This document shows positions 1-11,905 of a stretch of DNA of 64,000 bases, one piece after another; the stretch's first letter is position 1, and each line of letters begins with the position of its first letter. The notes under the pieces are model-generated. The model saw only the letters and a list, made by a program, of their open reading frames with translations, was not told the DNA's origin and made no database searches. The stretch is from Malacoraja senta (Eukaryota): assembly GCA_038087875.1 (NCBI GenBank), contig JAXLNO010000406.1:1-64000 (forward strand), read 5' to 3'. The position numbers and the translations under genes are program-made.

Positions 1-799
1 AACTAAAGAAGAAAGAAAAAAGAAAAAAGGAAAAACAGAATCTGGGGCTGCAAAGAGTTTCAACAATTTAAAGTCCTTGTTTGTCGTCAAGTCCCGTTCC
101 ACCGTATACCAGTAAAAAAAATAATTATAACAGTTGGAGAGGGGACAGTTTATGTCGTATGAAAATGTTGAATAAATCTAATTATCATGTGCTGATGTCT
201 TATGGCACCAGCTTATGTAAATACACTTATGTAAATACACCCAGTGGGACTGGTTTTAACCAGTCAAGTTCCATTATATATAGGACTTTATTATGGGGAA
301 ACTTTGTCAGGAAGCATGTGTAGGTGTAAGACTTCTCATGCACTAAATTATAGTAATACACAGTGGGAGAGTAGAACAGTTTAATGATCAAATTTACACA
401 TTGTTCTGTCAAATCTACAATTCCTACTGATAATACCTTCTGCAATATTCAAAATGCAAAATCAATTGTTTCATAAGGCAAAAGTGAGGTAAGATAGACC
501 AATGTGAACAGGTGATCGATGGTCAGCATGGACAACGCAGTCAGTGAATCACGAGGTCTATAGGTTGGGACTACATGTTGGGATGAATAGTAAATGGCAA
601 AAGGCATGGGTTTTGTAAAAATAAACAAGTGTTTCAGGTTTACCTATCATCACTGATTCTGAAGAGGGTCTCGACCCAAATGGGCCCAATTCCATCGCTC
701 TACAGATGCTGCCTCACCCGCTGAGTTTCTCAGCATTTTTGTCTACCTTCGATTATTCCAGCATCTGCAGTTCTTTCTTAAACATCACTTATTCATAAT

Positions 800-1382
800 T
801 TAGTTTAGTTTATTCTTTGCACCTGTACCGAGGTACAGTGAAAAGCTTTGTTGTGTGCTATCCAGTCAGTGAAAAGACCATAGGCCTGTCCTACTTGGCG
901 GTTTTTTTCGGCGACTGCCAGCATCATATCAGTGTCGCCAAAAGATTTTCAACATTTCAAAATCCAGCAGCGACAAAAAAAATGTTGCGACACTTGAAAA
1001 AACACCGCCCGTCTCACGTCATCACGCCGCGTCACGCTGCATCACACCTCAAATTTTTCGGTGATCCGATACGTCAGTCAATGATGCCGGCAGTCGCCGA
1101 AAAGATCGGCAAAGTGGGATAGGCCCTTATGAATGATTACAATCAAGCCATCAACAGTGTACAGATGCAGGATAAAGAGAATAACTTTTTGTGCAAGATA
1201 AAGTCCAGAAAAGTCCAATTAAGGATAGTTCGAAGGTCTCCATTGAGCTAGATGGGAGGTCAGGACTGCCCTCGAGCTGGTGAGAGGACTGTTCAGTTGT
1301 CTGATAACAGCTGGGATGAAACTGTCCCTGAATCTGGAGGTGTGCGTTTTCACACCTGTGTACCTCTTGCCCTGATGGGAGA
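800..1382 (-). mobile_element. Rex1/Babar-like LINE 3' end (interrupted by the MITE)
   Basis: GKRYTGVKTHTSRFRDSFIPAVIRQLN C-terminal motif, plus 3' tail. Confidence 0.6.
882..1126. mobile_element. MITE with about 45-bp imperfect terminal inverted repeats, Harbinger-like
   Basis: GGCCTGTCCTACTTGGCGGTTTTTTTCGGCGACTGCC ... GGCAGTCGCCGAAAAGATCGGCAAAGTGGGATAGGCCC, followed by TTA. Confidence 0.7.
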
Positions 1383-1394
1383 GGTCAGTAACTT

Positions 1395-2428
1395 GTGGGT
1401 GAGTCATTTCTACAGATGCACAGAATGTATCCTGACTTGTTGCATCATGGTCTGATATAACAATTTGAAAGCACAGGACCATAAGAGGCTGCAGAGTGTG
1501 GTGGAACTCAGCCCAGTCCATCACGGGCACAGCCCTCCCCACCATCGAAAGCATCAGCACCAGGCCTGCCTCAAAAAGGTGGCATCTATCATCAAGGATC
1601 AATAGACAATAGTCAATAGACAATAGGTGCAGGAGGAGGCCATTCGGCCCTTCGAGTCAGCACCGGCATTCAATGTGATCATGGCTGATCATCCCCAATC
1701 AGTACCCCGTTCCTGCCTTCTCCCCATATCCCCTGACTCCGCTATCTTTAAGAGCCCTATCCAGCTCTCTCTTGAAAGCATCCAGAGAACCGGCCTCCAC
1801 CACCCTCTGAGGCAGAGAATTACACAGATTTACCACTCTCTGTGAGAAAAAGTGTTTCCTCATCTCCGTTCTAAATGGCTTTCCCCTTATTCTTAAACTG
1901 TGGCCCCTGGTTCTGGACTCCCCCAACATCAGTAACATGTTTCCTGCCTCTAGCGTGTCCAAAACCTTAATAATCTTATAAGTTTCGATAAGATTCCCTC
2001 TCATCCTTCTAAACTCCAGAGTATACAAGCCCAGCTGCTCCATTCTCTCAGCATATGACAGTCCCGCCATCCCGGGAATTAACCTTGTGAACCTACGCTG
2101 CACTCCCTCAATCCCCGCCATCTTCTCACTGCTACCCTCTTCTACGCCGTGCCCTCTTCTCACTGCTACCGTCGGGCAGGAGTCCCACACCACCAGGTTC
2201 AGGAACATGTACTTTCCTGCAACCATCAGGTTCTTGCCCCGACCTACACAACCCTAATCGTACCTCCGCAATGGAACACCACGGACCACTCTTGCACCAC
2301 CATGGACTTGCATTCTAATTGTGCATTTCTGCACAAATGTCTTGTTCTCTTGTAAAGTTTTCTTCTTTTCAATGTCTCGTGGAATTTAAGTGCATTTTCT
2401 GTTTTTGTATGCATGTTTGAGTCTATAT
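1395..2428 (+). mobile_element. Degenerate Rex1-like LINE fragment split by a CR1
   Basis: FYRCTECILTCCIMVW...KRLQSVV..AQSITG..LPTIESI; resumes near 2115 with LLPSGR...TTRFRN. Confidence 0.55.
1601..2112 (-). mobile_element. CR1 LINE 3' fragment
   Basis: [20 protein letters not shown]...GYGEKAGTGY; (CAATAGA)n tail. Confidence 0.9.
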
Positions 2429-2564
2429 AAGGTCATAAGTGATAGGAGCAGAATTACGCCATTCGACCCATCAAGTCTGCTCCACCATTCAATCATGGCT
2501 GATCTATCTCCCTCCCAACCCCATTCTCCTGCCTACTCCCCATAACCCCTGACACCACTAAACT

Positions 2565-2724
2565 AGTTTAATTTAGCTTAGCTTAGTTCAGTTTAGTTTT
2601 GTTCAGTTTAGTTTAGTTTAGTTTAGCTTAGCTTAGTTTAGTTTAGTTTAGTTTAGTTCAGTTTAGTTTAGTTTAGTTTAGTTTAGTTTAGTTTAGTTCA
2701 GTTCAGTTTAGTTTAGTTTAATTT
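2565..2724. repeat. (TTTAG)n pentanucleotide microsatellite
   Basis: About 30 TTTAG/TTCAG/CTTAG units. Confidence 0.95.
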
Positions 2725-2845
2725 GTGCCTCTGAAGCTGCTGCAAGTAAGATTTTCATTTGTGTGTCTCACAATAAACTTGACTCAATTCAAATTGACTC
2801 AAGGGAGTTGCAAATATTTAACAGAGTTCTGGATGCTCAGCCTAG

Positions 2846-3297
2846 ACTTTAGAGATACAGCACGGAAACAGGCCCTTTGGCAGACTGGGTCCGCGCCGAC
2901 CAGCGGTCATCCCGTACACTATCCTGCACGCTAGGGCCAATTTTATAACTTACTGAGGCCAATTAATCTACAGACCTGGGTAAGAAAGAACTGCAGATGC
3001 AGGTAAAATCGAAGGTAGATACAAAATGCTGGAGAAACTCAGCGGTTCAAGCAGGATCTCTGGAGAGAAGGAATGGGCGACGTTTCCGGTCGAGACCCTT
3101 CTTCAGACGTCTCGACCCAAAACGTCGCCCATTGAATCTACAGTCCTGTACGTGTTTGGAATGTGGGAGGAAACCAGAGCACCCGGAGAAAACGCACGCG
3201 GTCACAGGGCGAACGTGTGAACTCCATACAGACGGCACCCGTGGTCAGGATTGAATCCGGGTCTCTGGCGCTGCAAGGCAGCAACTCTACCGCTGCC
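2846..3297 (-). mobile_element. HE1-type SINE interrupted by a Penelope terminal module (about 2978-3130)
   Basis: tRNA-like head GCAGCGGTAGAGTTGCTGCC...GGATTCAATCC; tail GGGCCTGTTTCCGTGCTGTATCTCTAAA. Confidence 0.8.
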
Positions 3298-3832
3298 CCA
3301 GGTACTCAGTGGGATTGAGAGACTTTGGGATATGAAGGAATTTGGGGCTTTTTGGGTAAGAAACTTATCTTGAGACAGTGGAGCAGACATGATCTTACTG
3401 AATGGTGTATGAGCTGGACATGATATGGTACTTTAGTTCCAACATGTACTGAGGTAACGTAACATTCATTTTTGTGTACACTTCAGTACAAGTGTCCCTG
3501 TACATATGCACTTAGATAGACATTAGATAAGCACATACCGTATGAACAATTTCTGCTTCTCTTTCTGATGACTATTTTGAAAGTACATATGGTGTTTGAG
3601 TTCCAACTAGCACGGCTGATTGTGGAACAGCCGCCGTTTGCTTTCCAGGGTGAAATGAAGTGCCAGGTTCAATACCCAAGGGAGCCAGTGACCTACTTAA
3701 TAGAAACAACAGATTTTATTTTTCGCCGACTTGAAATCAGTGCAGTGAAAATCTCGAATGGACTTTTCTCTCACATTACCTCACCGGAAATAAATACAAA
3801 GCACCCCGATAAACAGAGCAGGAGGATGTTCT

Positions 3833-4286
3833 GAGGTAGACAAAAATGCTGGAGAAACTCAGCGGGTGAGGCAGCATCTATGGAGCGAAGGAATAGGTGA
3901 CGTTTCGGGTCGAGACCCTTCTTCAGACTGATGTGAGAGTGGGGGGTGGGGGGGAGAAGAAAGGAAGAGGCGGAGACAGTGGGCTGTGGGAGAGCTGGGA
4001 AGGGGAGGGGAAGGAGGGAGAAAGCAAGGACTACCTGAAATTGGAGAAGTCAATGTTCATACCGCTGGGGTGTAAACTACCCAAGCGAAATATGAGGTGC
4101 TGCTCCTCCAATTTGCGGTGGAACTCACTCTGACCATGGAGGAGGCCCAGGACAGAAAGGCCAGATTCGGAATGGGAGGGGGTTGAAGTGCTGAGCCACC
4201 GGGAGATCAGGTTGGTTAATGCGAACTGTGCGGAGGTGTTGGGCGAAGCGATCGCCAAGCCTGCGCTTGGTCTCATCGATGTAGAG
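3833..4286 (-). mobile_element. Penelope-like element 3' fragment (GIY-YIG endonuclease remnant + terminal repeat)
   Basis: LYIDETKRRLGDRFAQHLRTV...DLPVAQHFN...RKLEEQHLIFRLGSLHPSGMNIDF. Confidence 0.8.
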
Positions 4287-4374
4287 ACCAATGATCCGCT
4301 GATCTGATTCAGACCTGCTCGTCAATGATTGAAGCTGAGCTTGGCACCAACGAGGCCACGGAGACACAAGGACA

Positions 4375-5148
4375 GGAAAGTTATTGTCAAGTTTGAAAAG
4401 GTTCAGAGAAGAATTACGAGGATGTTGCCAGGACTCGAGGGTCTGAGGAGCTATAGGGAGAGATTGAGTAGGCTGGGTCTCTATTCCTTGGAGCGCAGGA
4501 GGATGAGGGGAGATCTTACAGAGGTGTATAGAATTATGAGTGGAATACATTGTGTAGACGCACAGAGTCTCTTGCCCAGAGTGGGGAAATCGACGACCAG
4601 AGGATATAGGTTTAAGGCGAGAAGGAGTTTCTTCCCAGAGGCCATTAGGACTGTAAACTCCTATCTCACCAGGGACTAACTTTACTGAACCAATTTATTG
4701 TTGTGTGGTGTCTTTTTAAAATTGCTGCTTTTTCTTTTTTATCCTCCCACAAATATGTAATATGTGATTCTGTTCCATTCTGTTTTTTTGCACAATCCGC
4801 AAGCATTGCCACTTTTCATTTCACTGCACATGTCGTATGTGTATGTGACGAATAAACCTGACTTGACTTGACTTGAAGGGGGAAATGATTTAATACGAAT
4901 CTGAGGGCTACATTTTTCACACAAAGGGTGGCGGGTTTATGGAACAAGCTACCAGAGGAGGTAGTTGAGGCTGGGACTATCCCAACTATTATGAAACATT
5001 TGGACAGGTACATGGATAGGACAGGTTTGGAGGGATATGGACCAAACACAAGCAGGTGGGACTGGTGTAGCTGGGACATGTTGGCCGGTGTGGGCAAGTT
5101 AGGCCGAAGGGCCTGTTTCCACACTGTATCACTCTATGACTCTATGAC
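4375..5148 (+). mobile_element. HER1/CR1 LINE 3' fragment containing a Rex1-like 3' end (about 4615-4873)
   Basis: EKVQRRITRMLPGL...RRMRGDL; 3' end GGCCGAAGGGCCTGTTTCC similar to the HE1 tail; insert has RRSFFPEAIRTVN and a (GACTT)n tail. Confidence 0.75.
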
Positions 5149-5229
5149 CATGGTGTCAACATCTGAGCTCCCTTGTATCGACAGCGTGCTAATCTTGAAC
5201 AATGATGAGGTCCACATGACTGAAGAGTT

Positions 5230-6142
5230 TAGGTTGGTTTACAGATACAGTGCGGAAACAGGCCCTTCGGCCCACCGAGTCTACGCTGAGCAGGAATTCC
5301 AGCACACTAACTCTACCCTGCACACACGAGGAACAATTTACAATTTTACCGCAGCCAATTAACCCACAAGCCTGCCTGTCAGTGGAGTGTGGGAGGAAAC
5401 TGGAGCACCTGGAGAAAACCCACACAGTTCACGGGGAGAATGTACAAACTCCGTACAGACAGGACCGGTAGTCAGGATCAACCCGGGTCTCTGGCGCTGT
5501 GAGGCAGATACATGATAAAGGGAATAACATTAAGAGCACGATAAAGTAAAGCAGCACCAGAGACCCGGGTTCGACCCCGAATAAGGGTGCTGTCTGTACG
5601 GAGTTTGTACGTTCTCCCCGTGACCGCGCGGGTTTTCTCCGAGATCTTCGGTTTCCTCCCACACTCCAAAGACGTACAGGTTTGTAGGTTAATTGGCTTG
5701 ATCAATGTAAAAATTGTCCCCAGAATAAAGGGGAGGCCATTAGAATAAAGGGGAAACCTTTTAAGACTGCGGTGAGAAAAAACGTTTTCATCCAGTCAGT
5801 TGTGAATTTGTGGAATTCCCTGCCACAGAGGGCGGTGGAGGCCAAATCACGGGATGGATTTAAGAGAGAGTAAGATAGAGCTCTAGGGGCTAGTGGAATC
5901 AAGGGATATGGGGAGAAGGCAGGCACGGGTTATTGATTGGGGACGATCAGCCATGATCACAATGAATGGTGGTGCTGGCTCGAAGGGCCGAATGGCCTCC
6001 TGCTGCACCTATTTTCTATGTTTCTATTTTTCTATGTTTCTATGTTTCTATGTGTGGGATAGTGTTCATTTGTGGAGATCGCTGGTTGGTGCAGACTCGG
6101 TGGGCTGAAGGGCCTGTTTCTGCGCTGTATCTCTAAACTAAA
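5230..6142. mobile_element. Head-to-head HE1 SINE pair; the second is split by a CR1 3' fragment (5722-6051)
   Basis: HE1 body on - at 5230-5506; on + at 5550-5720 and 6052-6142; (TTTCTATG)n CR1 tail. Confidence 0.8.
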
Positions 6143-6433
6143 AATATTCTGTTTTATTTCGGACTTCCAGCATTCCCAGCTTGTGCTGTCGTTCCTTGAG
6201 AACTTGCTCCCTCTCTTCCATTCTTGTGCAGTTTTCACACAACTGCGCACCAGTTAACAGCAGACATGATTTCAAAATTTGCAACTTATTTCTCCAGAGC
6301 CATGACCCCAATTTGTCTAATTTTAATCTTTACTTCTGAATGCACTCTGTCACCTCATTTCATCCCCCTTCCCACTGGGGGATCTGGGCTAAACATAGCT
6401 CAGAAATTTAATCTGCCTCTCAGACAGTGCTTT

Positions 6434-7057
6434 GACAATAGACAATAGACAATAGGTGCAGGAGTAGGACATTCAGCCCTTCGAGCCAGCACCGCCATTC
6501 AATGTGATCGTGGCTGATCATCCCCAATCAGTACCCCATTCCTGCCTTCTCCCCATTTCCCCTGACTCTGCTATCTTTAAGAGCCCTATCTAGCTCTCTC
6601 TTGAAAGTATCCAGAGAACCGGCCTTTGAGGCAGAGAATTCCACAGACTCACAACTCCCAGTGAGAAAAAGTGTTTCCTCGTCTCCATTTTAAATGGCTT
6701 ACTCCTTATTCTTAAACTGTGGCCCCTGGTTCTGGACTCCCCTAACATCGGGAACATGTTTCCTGCCTCTAGCGCATCCAAACCCTTAATAATCGTATAT
6801 GTTTCAATAAGATCCTCTCTCATCCTTCTAAATTCCATAGTATACAAGCCCAGCCGTTCCATTCCCTCAGCATATGACAGTCCCGCCATCCCGTGAATTA
6901 ACCTTGTAAACCTACACTGCATTCCCTCAATAGCAAGAATGTCCTTCCTCAAATTAGGGGACCAAAACTGCACACAATACTCCAGGTTTGGTCTCACTAG
7001 GGCCGTGTACAACTGCAGAAGGACCTCTTTGCTCCTACACTCAACTCCTCTTGTTAT
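6434..7057 (-). mobile_element. CR1 LINE 3' part (host of the Crack-like LINE)
   Basis: [16 protein letters not shown]...TRGHSLRI; (CAATAGA)n tail; continues at 10182. Confidence 0.9.
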
Positions 7058-10000
7058 TTGATTTGATTTGATATCTTTTTATTTCGAACGATTAAAAAAA
7101 GAAGTAAAGAAAAGATGAAAATGAATAATAAATAAAGGAAAATTATATATATACATATATATATACATAAATACATACACACATACATACATATACATGT
7201 ACATATATACATATATACATACATACATATACACACATACACATATAGATAACATATATGTACATACATAAGTTAAAAAATCAAAAGCCAATTTCAACAT
7301 AATACACATTAGACTCGTTGGAAAAGGGATAGGAAGAAGCCTATGCTTGTCAAGTCCTACCCCCATTCTTCACCATTAACAAATGCAAAATTCAATAAAA
7401 TAAACTAAACAGACAATTCAAATAAAACTACTCCAATCAAGCTATTAAGAAAAAAAAGAAAAGAATAAAAAGAACAAAAAGAACAAGCACCATTAACATC
7501 TGTGATATTTACATTCTCCTTCCTCATTACTGTACTTTTCAAAGATATATCTTTTGTACATGTTTTTAAATTGCATTATATTCATACTTTGTTTAATCGT
7601 TTCGTCAAGACCATTCCACAAAACCATCCCACAAATGGAAATACACATACTTTTTAAATTGGTCCGAGCATAATGCTGTTTCAAGTTTAGTTTCCCTCTA
7701 AAGTTATAACCCCCCTCTCTGTCTCTGAACAGTTTTTGTATGTTTACAGGTAGCAGTTTATTTTTTGCTTTATAAATTATTTGTGCAGTCTTAAATTCTA
7801 CCAGATCCTTAATCTTTAAGGTGTGTAATTTTAAATACAGTTTATTGGTGTGTTCATGATATCCTACATTGTTTACTATACGAATAGCTCTTTTTTGTAG
7901 TGTGCTTAGTGATTGTAAGGTGGTTTTGTAGGTGTTGCCCCATACTTCCACACAGTAATTTAAATACGGTAACACAAGTGAGCTGTACAGAATATACAGT
8001 GCTCTCTCATTCAAAACATGCCTTGCTTTCCCCATCACTCCAATACTCCGTGCTACTTTTGCTCTCACATGTTTTATATGGGGTTTCCAGCAGATTTTGT
8101 GATCAAGAATCACACCCAGAAATTTATTTTCATACACTCTTTCTATTTCAACATTATTTATCATTACTTTTACTTGTGTATTTATTTTGCGTTTTCCAAA
8201 CAGCATAAGTTTGGTTTTGTTTAAATTTAATGATAATTTATTCAAATCAAACCATGTTTTTAGTTTACTCATTTCTGCTGTGACCACCTCCAAAAGCTGC
8301 TGCAAATTGTCCCCATCACAGAAAATATTAGTGTCATCTGCAAATAACACAAATTTCAAGAGGTTTGACACACTACATATATCATTAATATACAAAATAA
8401 ATAATTTGGGGCCCAAAACCGACCCCTGTGGGACTCCACAAGTTATTTCTAAGCATGTTGATTTGCAGTCCCCTATTTGCACAAACTGATGTCTTTTACT
8501 TATGTAGCTTCTCATCCACTCTAGTACAACCCCTCTGATTCCATACTTTTCCAGTTTTTTGATTAGCAAATGATGATCAATTGTATCGAACGCTTTTTTC
8601 AAATCTATAAATACACCCACTGCATATTTCTTGTTATCTATAGGACTGGTAATGTCTTCAATTAACTCCATTAATGCCATGGATGTCGATCTGTTTGACC
8701 TGAATCCATATTGACTATCAACTAGCAATTCGTGCTTCTCAATAAAGTTATCTAATCTACTTACATACAGTTTTTCTAATATTTTTGAGAACTGAGAGAG
8801 TAACGACACCGGCCTGTAATTTGTAAATTGATTTCTGTCTCCAGCTTTGTATAGTGGGATGACTTTGGCAGTTGTCATTTTACATGGAAATACACCAGTT
8901 TTGAAAGATAAATTGCAAATATAAGTTAAGGGTTTTACAATTACACCAATAACTACCTTGATTAAAGCCATATCAATGTCATTCCAGTCTGTAGACCTTT
9001 TATTCTTACAATTACTAACAATGTCAATAATCTCCTTTTCATCAGCTGCTTTCAAAAACATTGAGTTTGGGTTGCTGTCTGACAAATCCACAACCTTCCC
9101 CTCTCCTTCTTCTGACTGTGGATTATCAATTTCTTCTGCCAGTTTTGGTCCCACACTTACAAAAAATGTGTTAAACCCATTAACCACATCATTCATATCG
9201 CTTACAGTTGTATCATTGTCTTCAAAATACTGAGGGTAGTTTATATTCATTGATCCATTCCTGATAATATTACTTAACACATTCCATATGCCCTTGATAT
9301 TATTTTTATTATCGTTTAATATTTTATTATAATAATCTTTCTTACATATCCTCATAATACTAGTCAATTTGTTTTTATATCTTTTGTATTTACTTTCTGC
9401 TTCTATTGTTCTGAATTTTATGAATTCTTTATACAAGATATTCTTTTTTTTGCATGCATTTTGTAGTCCTTTTGTCATCCATGGCCTAACTATATATTTT
9501 TGCTTCTTGTTGTGTTGTTTCAAAGGACAGTGTTCATCATATAATGATTTAAATATTATCAGGAATGTTTCATACGCTTTGTTGGTATCAGTCTCTTTAA
9601 ACACCTGTTTCCAATTTTGGGTCAGTAATACATTTCTAAATTTATTTATAGATTCTTCTGTTCTTACTCTCCTGTATCTAATCTTATTAACATCCTTACC
9701 CTTAACATAATCACAAACAAACATTACAAAAAACGGCAGATGGTCACTGATGTCATTTAGTAGTAACCCACTCTTTATGCTGTTGTCCATACTGTTTGTA
9801 AATATGTTGTCTATTAGAGTTGCACAGTGAGATGTTATTCTACTTGGTTTGGTGATAAGTGGAAAAAACTCAAACTGAACAATACATCGATAAATTCATC
9901 AGTCTGTTTGTGCTTGTTGGGATTTAAGAGATCTAATTAAAATCCCCACAAACGAACACAAGTGATCTTTCTTGGCAAACAATCTTTCCATACTATTCCT

Positions 10001-10181
10001 AAATATTTCAATATTGGAACCAGGTGCTCTGTATACACAACTTACAATTACATTTTTCTTTTTTTCCAGGTAGATTTCTACAGTAATAATCTCCATCCAA
10101 TCATCAATATTAGTTGTCATATTTTCCATTATTTTATAATTTAATCTTTTATCTACATACAAAGCCACCCCTCCTTCTTTT
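7058..10181 (-). mobile_element. 5'-truncated AT-rich LINE of the L2/Crack group (partial APE endonuclease + reverse transcriptase), inserted in a CR1
   Basis: 765-aa ORF with SDHLP, FIDLKKAFDT, GVPQGSVLGP, FADDT. APE piece GVALYVD...VSCVYRAP at 9899-10180. 3' UTR stem-loop near 7320-7370 and (CAAAT)n tail. TTAT repeated at both junctions. Clade assignment from recalled motifs. Confidence 0.85.
7493..9790 (-). CDS. LINE ORF2 (endonuclease C-terminus + reverse transcriptase), 765 aa uninterrupted
   Basis: Non-LTR RT motifs NYRPVSLL, QYGFR, DLKKAFD, PQGSVLGP, FADD, KFLG. Confidence 0.85.
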   Translation of the reverse strand: MDNSIKSGLLLNDISDHLPFFVMFVCDYVKGKDVNKIRYRRVRTEESINKFRNVLLTQNWKQVFKETDTNKAYETFLIIFKSLYDEHCPLKQHNKKQKYIVRPWMTKGLQNACKKKNILYKEFIKFRTIEAESKYKRYKNKLTSIMRICKKDYYNKILNDNKNNIKGIWNVLSNIIRNGSMNINYPQYFEDNDTTVSDMNDVVNGFNTFFVSVGPKLAEEIDNPQSEEGEGKVVDLSDSNPNSMFLKAADEKEIIDIVSNCKNKRSTDWNDIDMALIKVVIGVIVKPLTYICNLSFKTGVFPCKMTTAKVIPLYKAGDRNQFTNYRPVSLLSQFSKILEKLYVSRLDNFIEKHELLVDSQYGFRSNRSTSMALMELIEDITSPIDNKKYAVGVFIDLKKAFDTIDHHLLIKKLEKYGIRGVVLEWMRSYISKRHQFVQIGDCKSTCLEITCGVPQGSVLGPKLFILYINDICSVSNLLKFVLFADDTNIFCDGDNLQQLLEVVTAEMSKLKTWFDLNKLSLNLNKTKLMLFGKRKINTQVKVMINNVEIERVYENKFLGVILDHKICWKPHIKHVRAKVARSIGVMGKARHVLNERALYILYSSLVLPYLNYCVEVWGNTYKTTLQSLSTLQKRAIRIVNNVGYHEHTNKLYLKLHTLKIKDLVEFKTAQIIYKAKNKLLPVNIQKLFRDREGGYNFRGKLNLKQHYARTNLKSMCISICGMVLWNGLDETIKQSMNIMQFKNMYKRYIFEKYSNEEGECKYHRC

Positions 10182-10520
10182 TTATGAAGGCCAACATGCC
10201 ATTCGCTTTCTTCACTGCCTGCTGTACCTGCATACTTACTTTCATTGACTGATGAACAAGGACACCCAGATCCCGTTGTACTTCCCCTTTTCCCAACTTG
10301 AAACCATTTAGATAGTAATCTGCCTTCCTGTTTTTGCTACCAAAGTGGATAACCTCACATATATCCACATTATATATCCACATCACATATATCCGCATCT
10401 GCCATGCATCTGCCCACTCACCCAACCTGTCCAAGTCACCCTGCATTCTCATAGCATCCTCCTCACAGTACACACTGCCACCCAGCTTTGTGTCATCTGC
10501 AAATTTGCTAATGTTACTTT
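10182..10520 (-). mobile_element. CR1 LINE, 5' part of the copy split at 7057
   Basis: FADDTKLGG...MQGDLDRLGEWA...KKANGMLAFI, joining seamlessly to TRGVE at 7057. Confidence 0.9.
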
Positions 10521-11022
10521 GCTGATCAAATCCTAACCCATCCCCAGTTCCGCCACCATCGTTCTCTGAGTTATGGTCCAGTGATACTTTATATTCAACC
10601 TGCCTTTGTCACTGCCTCCATCAGTCACCGCCACCGCAGTGGCTGCCTCGCCAACAGTCTGTCCATCCCCTCTCTGTTTTTTTTATTATTTTAAGTATCT
10701 AGTGTTTCTTAGGGAGACAAAAATGCTGGAGAAACTCAGCGGGTGAGGCAGCTTCTATGGAGCGAAGGAATAGGCGATGTTTCGGGTCGAGACCCTTCTT
10801 CTGACTCTGTTTAATGTTTCATGGTCTGTTTTATGTGGGGGGGGTATGGGGGGGGGGGGGGGGGGGAATAGGAGGAAACATTTTCCGGTCATTTACCTCG
10901 ACGGAGATGTGATTTTGTTCCGTATCGCATCTCCGTCCCCCCCTGCGGACTAACAATGTGGCCTTTCCCGAAGACCGGCTCGGAGCTTCAAAGCATGGAA
11001 TCACACCAGGGACAATTACCAG

Positions 11023-11295
11023 GTGGCAAGGCAGTGCAGCGGTAGGGTTGCTGCCTCACAGCGCCAGAGACCCGAGTTCGATCCTGACTGCAGGTGCTGT
11101 CTGTATGGTGATTCTACGTTCTCCCCGTGACCGCGTGGGTTTTCCCCGGGTGCTCTGGTTTCCTCCCTCACCCCAACGACGTACAGGCTTGTAGGTTAAT
11201 TGGCTTCGGTCAAGATTGTAAATTGGCCCCCTGGTCGGCGCGGACTCAGTGGGCTGAAGGGCCTGTTTCCGCGCTGTATCTCTAAAACTACAAAC
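11023..11295 (+). mobile_element. HE1-type SINE
   Basis: Head GCAGCGGTAGGGTTGCTGCCTCACAGCGCC, B-box AGTTCGATCC, tail CTGTATCTCTAAAACTA. Confidence 0.85.
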
Positions 11296-11669
11296 CCAAA
11301 ATAAAAACTCACTGCGATGAGAGAAAAGATGCAAGGTGTAGACAAAAGTGCTGGAGAAACTCAGCGGCTTAGGCAGCATCTATGGAGCGAAGGAAATAGG
11401 CAACGTTTCGACACCCGGCCTGGCCCGCCGAGTTACTCCAGCATTTTGTGTCTATCCTTGATTTAAACCAGTATCTGCAGTTCTTTCCTACACACTAAGA
11501 TGGCAGGTTGTTCTTCAGGAGACAATCCTTCCATTGCCAACTACTCTCTCCCCTTTTAATCGCCATTCCCCATTCTTGGGGATATGATTAGTTGGTGGAT
11601 GAATAGCCAATATCACACCCAATTCAATCCAGAGGCAAGGGTTCGATTCCCACCCTGACAAAGAGTCAA

Positions 11670-11905
11670 GTAAAAAATGCTGGAGAAACTCAGCGGGTGA
11701 GGCAGCATCTATGGAGGGAAGGAAATAGGCTACGTTTCGGGTCGAGACCCTTCTTCAGACTGAAGAAGGGTCTCGAGAAGAAGGGTCTCGACCAGAAAAA
11801 CATTGCCTATTTCCTTCGCTCCATAGATGCTGCCTCACCTGGTGAGTTTCCCCAGCATTTTTGTCTGCCTTCGATTTTCCAGCATCTGCAGTTCCTTCTT
11901 AAACA
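11670..11905. mobile_element. Palindromic Penelope-derived terminal module
   Basis: Arms of about 85 bp inverted around CTTCTTCAGACTGAAGAAG. Confidence 0.75.

Noticed and set aside
1..180. Possible L1-type 3' end on the - strand
   Set aside because: Only compositional resemblance and too short to support.
11023..11100. tRNA gene (also other A/B-box heads)
   Set aside because: These are tRNA-derived SINE heads followed by HE1 body and tail.
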